From contig CAXNAD020000018.1 in assembly GCA_964200185.2 (NCBI GenBank), positions 1-47,044 on the forward strand: a stretch of DNA of 47,044 nucleotides, given 5' to 3'. The DNA comes from Choristocarpus tenellus KU-1152 (Eukaryota > Protista > Phaeophyceae). The notes under the pieces are model-generated. The model was not told the DNA's origin and made no database searches. It saw only the letters and a program-made list of their open reading frames with translations. Numbering within the stretch: the stretch's first letter is position 1; each line of letters starts with the position of its first letter. This document shows, in pieces, positions 36,167 to 47,044 of this stretch. The translations under genes and the position numbers were made by a program.

Positions 36167-39152
36167 GTGCATATTTTAGAGTAGAAGGCGAGTTTAGTGC
36201 AGGTAGAACGAGGGATAGATCTCAGTCAGATATCAACGTTTCGTGGTTTCACGTACGTATGAATCGTTTCTTTAAGGACACACCACCCATCTCGAGTTTT
36301 GAGCTACGAAGGGAACGGGACAGAATGGAAAATAGTCGGAACACTATTTCTTTGGGCTTGGTCTCGTCGATGTGCCCAGAGGAGGAAGAGGCGGAAGAAA
36401 AGGCGAGCGATGATAATACCCGGCCTACCAACGACATACGCATTGGGTGAGTCAAAGGGTCTCGTCGTCATCCTCGATTCCAAGCACCAAAGTCTTTTGC
36501 AACTATCTTGCCCTCATTGTCCGAATTCCTACCCCTCAGGCGTTTGCTTTCGTCTCTGGATAGCTACGAGGCTTCAGAAGGTCGATGGTCCTTTAGCGCT
36601 CCGCCTTCTTTGATTTCGTCTGCTAATGTAAGCACGATTTCAATCATATTGATGCAGCAATCATTCCCTCACATTGGTGAAATCAATGAAATGGTGTTTT
36701 CCTGCAAGGAGCTAAAGCCTAACACCTATCACACTGCGCTCTAACTAGGTTTGATTGGTCCTTGAATAGATGACCGATCGCCCCAATTTGTTTCATCATA
36801 TTGTCCATTCTCCACTCGACCAAATGCTTGACCCAGGATCTCCCGCAAGTGTCTAGGGCTTCAAAATCGTTCGCATGTACGGGTGAAGAGCAACGATTTC
36901 CCGTCGAGCGGAGGAACTTACCAGATGCGTTGCCTAAGGTGCTTCCTCTGGAGTGCTCGGAGAACTGGTTTAGATGTGCTGAAACTCAGTCTTAAAGCCC
37001 CGAATATTTGTAGAGGCGAAGAAGTGATCGCACCTGCCTTTACTTCCGTTGGAAGTTGGCTTGCCGTAACTAAAATTGGTCCAAGGCAAATACGTGTAGA
37101 AGTTGATCGTGACTTTCTTCTAAACACCTAATCTATAGAATCAACAATTAGACCCCAAGGCAAATCGCTATATTGTGCCATCTGCACCTGAAAAACAAGT
37201 CTCCTCGATAATATTCTCCTTGTGGATTGTGGTAAGTATCAAATGCTTCTAATCACCATACACTACAATGTTGTGGTGTCAAAAGGTCTAATGTTCGTAT
37301 GGTAAGGGCTACATTTCTACCCAAAGAGAGTGTTGACCATTTCTATGACTTTATTAGGGCAGGCAATGTGTAGGGACCAGTCTGTGGGCCGGACCGATTT
37401 CAATTTATTATTGTTATGTCGAGACCGGTCTACCAAGTATTGGAATCTCCCTGGTCCACAGGCTGGATAGGTTCCAATAATCCAGTGTACAAAAAAAAAA
37501 AGAACGAAAACCTGGTTAGCCCGCATTGGGTTCTTCATCTCTAAGGGGTCGCAAAATCAGAGTTGTGGTCTTGAATCAGATATCAATGTTGAGTCCTACA
37601 TAGACTAAGGAGCATACCTCTGTGTAGTTACCTGTATTGTGAAGTGATAAATTAATTGGGTTTAACAGGTTTGAATGTCGGAGAAAGTGTTCAAGAGCTG
37701 GGGATAGAATGTTTGATTGAGTGAAGGTTGTATTGCTGAAGTTGTGTCATCATTCTCGCATGTGTTGTTAATGTAGGGTAGTAGTTGGGCGTGGTTATCT
37801 TCCACAGTTAAGACTATTATTTGTCATTTTTGGACCGGGTCTGAAAGTAGTGGAACCTGTCCATTAAGTGAGCTGACAGTTTCTAAAATATTTTTTACAT
37901 TTAATGCCCTGAACAATTTGCCTGCCAGCCTGCTGTCCGATTAAGTATTGGATGGTGTGCAGACAGCCCAGTCCAATTCTAAGTTTCGGATGCCAAGGAA
38001 ACGATGAGTGAAGGGATATATGAAAAAAGCACCTTTATTCCCACATGCATTTGGATTAAATTGTGACGTATTTTTTAACATGTGAGCCCAACTCACCTTG
38101 TCAGGGTCGGACAGATTGAGATTGTTTCTATACTTTGTTGTCACTTTTAAGAAATGACTGGGATACGGGTTGACCTGGTACCAATGTGTTATTCTATCAG
38201 GGCTGGTCCATGACTGTCAACCTAATTAACACAATCAGGCACGAACAAGCAAGGTACCAACACACTCTATTGAGGCTGGTACAGGCCATCAACTGTTTCA
38301 ACACACGGCCAGGCCATGGACTGTCCTACAGCCATGACCCAGACTCAGGCTGTGCTGACTGGGTGGACTAATGGAAATTCCTTCCTACCAATATTTCTAT
38401 ATTTGACTGCTTTCCATGCAGCATATCAGATTGGCCTTGCCCACCAAGGATAAATCAAACATTGGAGGATGCTCCTTGAGAAGCTTGAGAACAAAGGAAC
38501 ATGAAATTGATGGTGGGAAGAGAGTGCCCCCCATGACAGGGTATTACAACATAACAGGTGCCAGCATCAACACTGCCCTCTCATGTGGAGGAAAGAGGAC
38601 CTCATTTGAGAAGAGGTGTGTGTGTAATGTTCTCTTGAGGATTTCACAAAAGAGCGGGCGCCTTCCAACAAAATGGCCAGCAAATTTCATATTATATAGT
38701 ATAATTATACATCTCCTACCCAGCTTTGTGTGAGGTTTGACTAATGGCATGCCTTTCAACCCCGAAGGCGGAGTCAAGGGCGTGACTGGAAGCCTTCATC
38801 TGTCCTCCCTCTATGCAATGGAAGCCAATCAGTTCTTCCTCGAAAGAGGGTCCAACCCAAGCCAACAAGCTTGACCTCAGTGTTTGGCTCTGACTGTGTG
38901 CTGAATAGGTGGGAAACGATAGACTTTTGCAATCCTGCAAGCAAGCATGGAGACATCTTATCCACAACTTGTGCAAAAAAATGGAAAGTCTCGAACTCTA
39001 TTATCAACAGCCCTAACCAGTATTGTACACCTCCTGCTATTGCTGAGTCCTATACAACATATTAAATTGCTTAAAACACTTTTTTAACTCCTGTGAGGTC
39101 TAATAATACCGTTGGGATGTATTTCCTTTGCCATCGTTTCTAATTTTTGCAG

Positions 39153-42100
39153 GTGGATGAACAGCTACGACCTGGAACGATCCAGTTTCCAGTCAGTATC
39201 TGTCATGTGTGAACAGCGCCTCCGTAAGGTATAGCAATTCCACAACATTGTACCTCAACATCCATGCTAAGTTGGACATATCAAGAGCTTGTGCTAATTA
39301 TGTTGTGCCTTCACTTTTGACTGCCCTTTACCTGAACAATGAGGCCTGCTATGAAGGATGAAATGTAGTGATGAACCCTACTTCCCTGTTGACTATATTC
39401 ACAAATATCCTACCGAGCCTGTTGGTATCCAACTTTCCCCTGCCTGTTGGTATGATCAGACATTGACCTCTCATCAACCAATGCTGTCAATCACCGAGAA
39501 GTTGGGAAGGAAATGTGCACGCTGACACACACTGATTCGGGGTTGCTGTGGGGCCTTTGTAGCGTCAGTAGATGTCAGGAGTCTTTAATGGAATGGAGAG
39601 CAATGATGGCAGTTGCCATCTCTTCTCATAGCAGTCAATTATATTAACATACTTGGAACCTGCATCTGTCAGAATGTGTGAGTTGTGGGATCTCTGGTAC
39701 TATACAACAGAATATATTGAAACCAATGGTAAATCTAGTTCCCACCAATGATGTTATCTTTGATATTATTATTATCTCACTTTAGTTTGGGACTAGGAGC
39801 AACTAGCTTACCCCTAACAAGCCCTAAACCAATGGTTAGAAGCACTTCACACTTGGCATCCATTGCTTACAAACTAGCTGCTGTACTATGGCAAATTGTA
39901 CTGCCCTGTGTGTGCTTCACCTTTCTCTTGTGTTGGGTACAGCCGTCCCACTACCCGTTCCTCTGCCTCCTTCCTCAAATCTTGTGGAATACTCCGTACT
40001 TGCCTGGCTACAATGAAGCCTTGCTATCCATCCCAATTCAGGTTTTCTTTGTTTATTTTGATGGTTTGTGACAGAGAGGAGGGAGGGTGCAGGTGTATCT
40101 TTCTGGAGTGCGTACCTTGTGGTCTATTAAACTCAGATATCCTTAAAATGAAATCAGACATCGACTGAGTCTGAATCTGTGCATCCCTTTAACGGAAGCT
40201 GGTAGACTACCAAGGACCTATGAGGGTGTTCAACAGGAGAGTACATGCTATTAATAAGCACACAGGCAGCAGGGTCTCAATATACATGACATCTTGCCTA
40301 CCACATAGAATACTTTTCTAAGTAGTACTATCATTTGTAGAATTGAAGTTAAGGCTGGTGAAAGAGAAAAAATAATGTTCTATGTTCAAGGTCCCAGGCT
40401 TTCTTGTTGTCAATGACTTAAATGGACATTTCAGCAAGACGGGCTTCATATTCAATGGGGCCCTTCAAGATATAACTGGATATTTGTACCCCTCTATAAG
40501 GTTTTTGGGTGGGGGAGGTTGCTATATTTCCGGGGACCAATGGAAAATGGAAATATGGAAATGCTTCAGCATCAATAGCTGCTCAGTACACTTACTGTCC
40601 TCACATGTCCTGTAGGAATAACGCATGCTTATATACATCAGCGAGACTGCTACCCCAAACTTTTCAAAAGTGTAAGATGTTAATGCATGTGGTGGTTGCC
40701 CATGGTGCATCCGAATTTGAATAATTAGTCCCCGTACTCGACAACTCAATTAAATATCAATACATTTACTGCATTTTCCTCTGAGGAATTAGACACAATC
40801 TTTCACAGGGGAGAGGAAGTGTCTTCATGCCCACCTACATGCTCCTATTGATACCCAAGCTCTAACTTTGAAGACACAGACTGATGGCACGAACCTCACT
40901 CCTTTTTCATTGGCAGGCCTGTATCATGACAGAGCATGCCAACTTGCCAGATGAATTTCGAACCATGGCTGCATGTGAGGCACTTGGTACCATGCTCCCT
41001 GTTCTTGAGCGATATGATTGCCTGGTGATGATCATCCTCCGGGAATTGTTGCGGTCAATATATGATGTGAGCACCTGTAAATGTTAATGAAAATAAATGT
41101 AGGTAGTGGCTTCACGACCAAAACCATCTTCCTGACCAATCACAGCACTAATACACCATGGCTCAACAGGACCACGAAACAGTGATGGATCAGTTTCTAG
41201 CTTGGCTACACCCATCAAGCATGGAGGATGCCATCAAGGCCCCTGCTGAGGCCATGATTTTGAAGGCTAAACCTCACTTTAAGCGTTGCAGGGAGCTCCA
41301 GGTTGAGGTGCGTCATTGTTCCTCTTTGCCAACCTCTGCCAACATAAATGGTACAAATGGTACAAAGGAACTACACATGAAATAATCATCACGGCCTACA
41401 CAAGAGTGCACACTCTGCATACTTCTCAAATCATCACGACCACGCCCATTTATGTACAAGCTGCCAATGAAACCCTAATGTCTGCATTCAACTGCCCTCG
41501 ATTTCTTCTTGGACTCCTCCCACCAGTTGTTGAAAGTGCAGGAGGCAATGCAAGATTTAAGGGTCCATGAAGAAGCTCTTCATCACAATCTCCAGAGTGC
41601 AAAAAGCATGATGACAACAGTTCTTACAAAAGATACCCTTCTCCTCACCAGGTGCACTATCTCATTTCCCGAAAGTACAAGAAACATTTTGAAGGATAAC
41701 AACAATTGGTAAGGTGGAAAACTTCTGTTCTCTTACAATCTACCGACAACATATACTTTTCCGTAAGAATCACTTTATGTCATCATCATGTCCTGTACAT
41801 TCATACACAGTAGGTCCCCCTTGTCGGCTGCCCTTGGTCCATCAGATTTGTCTTCTTCTCCTGGCGAGGGGCAGTGGCAGAAGTTACTTCGATGCGAAGA
41901 AGGTTTCGTAAGGTAATTTGTCTACTATGCATTTTGCGTTTATCATATATCATATGCATATACCCCACCTGGTACCTGGTTCAGAATAAATAAAGATGTA
42001 AGAAGTACACCCATACACATATTTATCTTCTCCGACAACAATTCTGGTGATCGTAGCCTGCAATGAGCCAAACTATCTTTATCTTAGAGAGTAGAGCCGC

Positions 42101-45100
42101 GTCCATTTGGGGGCGACAATCCAACGTTGCGATTTTGATGTAATTTTGNNNNNNNNNNTTTGGCTATCGTGTTTGTTAGGAAGTGTCAATATCCTAGTTC
42201 CGGACACACCTTTTCATAACGTATACATTTTACCTACTCCGAAATATTTTGGGGTAGGTAAATGTCATAAGAAAACCCATGGTAAGCCAAGCCCCAAGTG
42301 GACAAACAGGGCAAAACTCGTACCCTCTAAGATTATTTCACTCATATCTGTGTTTTATTGCTACTATGCATAGTGGAATAATGGCATAAGTTTGACAACT
42401 AGTTGATGATAACGTTGAACCAACAAAACCAGGAGCAGGTGGCATGGAGCTAGCAAGCTACTTTATTTTCCTTCCCTGGTGCAGTATGAGGTTTCAGTAA
42501 TACCCCATTAGCATAGATATCAGTAACACTTTACTGTAAAGTGTGTGGATACACTCAAAAGGTTTATTTTACCTTCCCAAGGACATTTGAACCTGAGCTG
42601 ACTCTTTTCTACGGCACGAGTACTATATATACTATATATGGTGTATATACTATATATAGTGTATATACTATATATAGTGTATATACTATATATGGTGTAT
42701 ATACTATATATAGTATATATACTATATATACCATATAAAACTGAAGATTGATGCCCCCTCTCTTTCCTACTAGGTTCAACTGCGTATCTGGTTCAACGGC
42801 CTGCGCCTTCGTCTGGTGAAAAATCAAGAAACTGAGATGAAATACCAGATTGGCATTAGGTAGTCTTTTCAACTCATTCTTACCATAGTTCTTTGGTTCA
42901 TGACCATATTCTCAGAATTTATTTTTCCGCTAATTTATTATTGGTGCTCAACACTCTGGAGACCATGTAGACTATCCTTTGAGCACCTCAACTTGAACTG
43001 ATTGTTATATTTATTGCAGAAACTGGTGACTACATAAATTTGCAGCTTAGAGACTTTTTTGTTTTGCCAAGGTGTAGAACCTCTTGTAGACATCAGGACC
43101 TCATTCAGTTTTTCAAGAATATTCCAAGAAATATATATGGAACTACCTCTGAGGCCATATGATAGGTAGCAGGTAAAGATGTCACATTTTCTGAATCAAA
43201 TCTGTAGGGAGCGGAGGCTTCAAATCAGTATCGATAAGCTTCAGAAAAGTGCTGTTGAAGAGGAGAAACCAACACAACAGTCAGACCAAAACGACAGCAA
43301 GTCTGTCAGTACACTGGAACTCATTGCAACAGGTCTGCTCACTGAGGCGCAGCATTTCATGGACAAGGTTGGTACAAGTGAAAAGCACAATGTGTACGTT
43401 TCATGGACAAGGTTGGTACAAGTGAAGAGCACAATGTGTACCTCATGGACTGATAACTCGCCAATACTGCTGTTAGTAGCAAGTTTGTGAAATTGAGTCA
43501 AACCAAGTGAGAGGTAGATGGGGTTGTCTTTTAAGGACCCTGACAAAGGCGAAACAAAACATCATTTTGTACAAACAAACAAAGCTGAGCTGTGGTGTCA
43601 CACTGTGTGTTGGAAGGACAGAAGGCAATCCATGTAATATGCATTGACCCAGAGGAAGAAATATGGCTTAGAATGTAAAAGGGTCCAAAACCTGCCTACC
43701 TCTTGATTGTTTGGGTCAATTTATGTCATAACAGCAGCAGACAAAGTTGGATTATTTTCCTTTGGGTTGCTGCGACTACATTTTACTGCCCTCATGATGA
43801 CCTACCCCTGCTAATGCTCAGAATTGCACCTGACCGAAGACTGGGTGGAGTCAGTCCATGTTATCATCTCAGAACAGGCATCTGTGTCTTTGTTATCAGT
43901 TTTGTTACTTTCAAATGGTATTCTGTTGTCCTTACTGCGCTGGACCTTCCAGGCCAAAGAAACAGCACGCAACCCAAGTTTAGATGACAAGCTTAGCGCA
44001 GAGTCAATGCTTGCTATGGCGTCCAAGGTGGTACATGCCGCCCACCATGCTCAATCAAGTCTAGAGCTTGAGATGTCCCTTTTCCGTCAGGAAGACAGCA
44101 ACTTAGAGGTGAGCAAGTCTTGTATACCTTGTAGTACATTATCATGAAATCATGAACATAAAGCTTGCAGGCTGATGGTCATTCACCAAAGGACAACTCT
44201 GGTGTACCTACTGCATGCTAAACGGGATAGAATTGTTGGTTACATTCAGTCTAAAATATGAACCTAAAAAGATGAAAGAGATTTACTCAGTTTAACTACA
44301 GGGTATCTATCCCTTCTTGAGTGGGAGTATACAAAATGTCAGACTTTGACTGTAAACTGTCTTGGAAACAAGTCTCATGATGATATGTGATTATTTGACC
44401 TTTAGGGTTAGGGGTGGAGTGGATGGAAGATATATTGGGTAAGGTGTCATAAAGTGTAAAAAAACGTGAGTCAGCAATGATTGGGTTTGAAGGGCATTTT
44501 CACGTGGAAAGGTGGTGCGTGTGTGACTGTGATGGATCGCCTCAAGATCTTCAGTCTATTAATTGGGTTTGACAATGACTCTGTTGTTACTATCAAAAAT
44601 AGTAATGAGAAGCATAGAGAGTGCTTGTATCCACTTTGATACGAGCAACAACTTACGCCATAGACAATGAAGCTATACTAGGAAGTAGACAAGTAGACAA
44701 TGTAGTTATACAATAAAGTTATACTATTCAGTTATTATGAGATCCCCCTCCCCTCAGACTCAGTGGCACACGATGAAATGTGGCACATCACATCTCTGCA
44801 ATACAGTATCAGAGTCAGAAACAGACCTGCTGCTATCTTTGTGACAATGTGACATTAGTTGTGATAAGTCGAGGTCTGACCACCTCTTCACATATATCTG
44901 GAACTGCAAAGCACTTCTCTTTAGCAGAGAATGAAAAATATATACAACAATTGAAGCAATGCTGCGTGTCATACCTCCTCTGTGCTAGTTTATCTTGCAC
45001 AACACATGTGGAAGGTAACCTATTTCTCCCAGTTGATTCAGTTGATTGTCTAACAAAGGTGGTGTATTGTCACAATGACTTTGACTATAGTATCACTAAA

Positions 45101-46971
45101 CAGTTTCTGGCAGGTAAAGCAGGACCACTCAGAGAACTACAGAATATTGGAACAGGAGTCATGCGTTTATCCTAACCATTTGATCTTAACCAATTAATCT
45201 CCTCCACCTGTCACCCAGAGGAAGATTAGACATGGCCAAGTGTACCCACCAACTGTGATGCCCACTGTAGCAAACGTAGGAGAACTACTTCATGCTCTGA
45301 GTATTGCTAAATGAACGAGAAACATATGGCCTAACAGTAATGGTGACCTTGATCTTAACCCTAACCCTAACCTTAAGGTCATGCTTGGAAAAAATCTGTG
45401 CCAGCGATTGGTGAGGTACAGATATGACTGTCTCTCATATAGAATTTTTCAAAGCATGACCAATAAGACAATTTAAAAGTATAAAATTAGGTGTATAATT
45501 GAATGTTCTAAAATGTACGACTACTAGGATTGACTACTTTTGATAATAGAATATACAGAAAAGGTTGAAGTATTGGAAGATTAAGTTGGAACAAAAAAAA
45601 TCAGAACTTTAACACATTGTATCAACGATTGCAAGAAGCAAGAACAATGTGTAATGATACATATTGCATGCATATCTTATTGTGGAGAGAGGTGTGACTC
45701 AAGGCAGGTTGCTACACAACCGAGCAGTCTAGCAACAATATAGAGCAGTGACCATTGCTAACTAACCCTAACCCTAACCCCAACCCTAACCACTTATCTA
45801 CTCAGTACCAGTGTTTTGACCAGGAGATGGTCTCCTCAAGGGCCAAATCAAAATTGTTCAATATGCGCTGATTGTACTAGGCATTCCTGAGTAGTTTGAA
45901 GTGTTTGATAGGACCAATTTTTCATAATTTGTGACCCAGACACAATCCTGGAGGGTCTTCCACATGCTGTTATGACAATGAGTAGTTTACCTATTCTAAA
46001 ACAAATACTCTCCTTGTAAGTCTGTATCAGTGGAAGCTAATACACATGTTATGCCAGATGTGATTACTATTAAGGCTACATTACATTCCTATTCTTTGTT
46101 CTTCATTTTGCTATTACTAATTGTCTCCAGGAATGGTTTCTGTTGGTTGGAGCTATGGGTTAGTTGCTGGTGGCAATGACTGTACTGAAAGTCTATATGG
46201 AAAAATAAATAAACAGGAAACAAGATTCAGTCACCATCCTAGACTATCATAGACAATACACCCTGTTTTTCAGTTTTGTGACAATATCATCAATCCCTCC
46301 CCCTGCTCTTTGATGTTTCTCCAAGACTAGGAGGGGGGGAGGAGAAAGGTTGACAAGTCCACTCAAACATGTTCAGAGATGACTCAAGGAGATATTGTGT
46401 TGCAATCTGATCCGCACAGTTCTAGTCAAAATACCAAGGGAGAGGGTGATGTACAAAAAACAAAAAAGAACAGCCCCAGGCGAGTGCATGTCTTTAATTC
46501 TATACGTAGCACCCTCCTATTTTCAGCATGGAATTATTGTTCAGATTTTTCGTTTTGTGGATGTTCTTCTGTCCAAGTGCTAGCAAAATTAAATAACATA
46601 AATTATCAATCCCATATCTATTTCATATCAAAGGTTGTACATATATTCTAGACAATTATTTGTGCTGGGGTGTTTTGTAAATATTTTGTGTTGTTAGTCT
46701 GGGGCAAGGGCATGTATGCATGAGAGCCCTTGTTCACCAGTTTTATTTTTTTAGATATCGCTTGGGTTAAGACCATGCTTCAAAAGGTAAGGTATACTTA
46801 AGGTAGGCAAAAGTTTCGTACAACATGGTCAAAGTCTTTCCTAAGACGATTTCTGTCCTGACTCTACTGTGAACTTCTATCAGGAAAGCTGGATCAAAAA
46901 GGGATACGCGTGAGAACCATCAAAAGAGGAAAATATCCCTCAAAAATGCTGTGCGTGGAAAAATTTTACAG
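39153..46971 (+). CDS. Multi-exon gene of uncertain function with a TSNAXIP1_N-like segment and coiled coil; 5' exons (~36900-39000) unresolved, continues beyond the window
   Basis: Phase-consistent exons 39153-39228, 40917-41066, 41170-41307, 41527-41651, 41846-41912, 42774-42859, 43208-43367, 43953-44108, then (middle unresolved) ~46377-46479 and 46884-46971. Spliced product reads ...SVSVMCEQRLRK|ACIMTEHANLPDEFRTMAACEALGTMLPVLERYDCLVMIILRELLRSIYD|DHETVM...RFVFFSWRGAVAE... Confidence 0.7.
42065..42343. mobile_element. MITE family A, copy containing an assembly gap (N 42149-42158)
   Basis: GAGCCAAACTATCTT(TATCTT)AGAG ... TACCCTCTAAGATTATTTCACTC; same body as the other copies. Confidence 0.8.
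42621..42737 (+). repeat. 18-bp minisatellite TATATACTATATAT[A/G]GTG with palindromic core ACTATATATAGT
   Basis: Direct reading; ~6 copies. Confidence 0.9.
43355..43450 (+). repeat. 42-44-bp tandem duplication spanning an exon end and 5' splice site
   Basis: TCATGGACAAG|GTTGGTACAAGTGAA.AGCACAATGTGTAC occurs twice, followed by a partial third TCATGGAC. Confidence 0.9.
45763..45791 (+). repeat. Short interstitial telomere-like (CCCTAA)n tract
   Basis: TAACCCTAACCCTAACCCCAACCCTAACC; similar short tracts at ~27789-27846, 33686-33697, 44402-44413 and 45357-45372. Confidence 0.7.
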
Positions 46972-47008
46972 GTATGTATGTATGTATGTATATATGTATG
47001 TATGTATG

Positions 47009-47042
<34 letters not shown>

Positions 47043-47044
47043 TG
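46972..47044 (+). repeat. (GTAT)n microsatellite starting at a splice donor
   Basis: CAG|GTATGTATGTATG... to the window end. Confidence 0.95.

Noticed and set aside
36249-36455. ORF ending MGGVSLKKRFIRT as the first LRRC61 exon
   Set aside because: Exon 36166-36119 splices in phase 0 to VSGEYD and fits the family N-terminus better.
42149-42158. N-gap as a possible misjoin or hidden insertion
   Set aside because: The flanks rebuild the MITE-A consensus (GTAATTTTGGCTATCG), and exons 41846-41912 and 42774-42859 stay in phase across it.

Overview
Eukaryotic, intron-rich, moderately AT-rich DNA. The gene style and TTAGGG-type interstitial repeats fit a flagellated stramenopile such as a brown alga or relative (inference). 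The six-frame ORF track is mostly misleading because exons are short. Splicing by hand gives four genes in two head-to-head pairs. (1) A minus-strand multi-exon gene of unknown function (~202-6022). (2) A complete 20-exon IFT88 gene (+, 6303-24875, 817 aa, one GC-AG intron). (3) An LRRC61-like leucine-rich-repeat gene (-, ATG 36166, exons traced to 30121) with a dead DD39D-type Tc1/mariner element in intron 6. (4) A + strand gene (exons traced 39153-46971, running off the window) with a TSNAXIP1_N-like segment. Introns carry two MITE families sharing a GAGTCAAAGTA-like terminus, a 460-bp foldback element and many mini/microsatellites, several starting exactly at or duplicating 5' splice sites. 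CpGs look depleted in gene bodies and repeats but retained around the two divergent promoters. I found no evidence of a new enzymatic or defence system; the most unusual signals are architectural.
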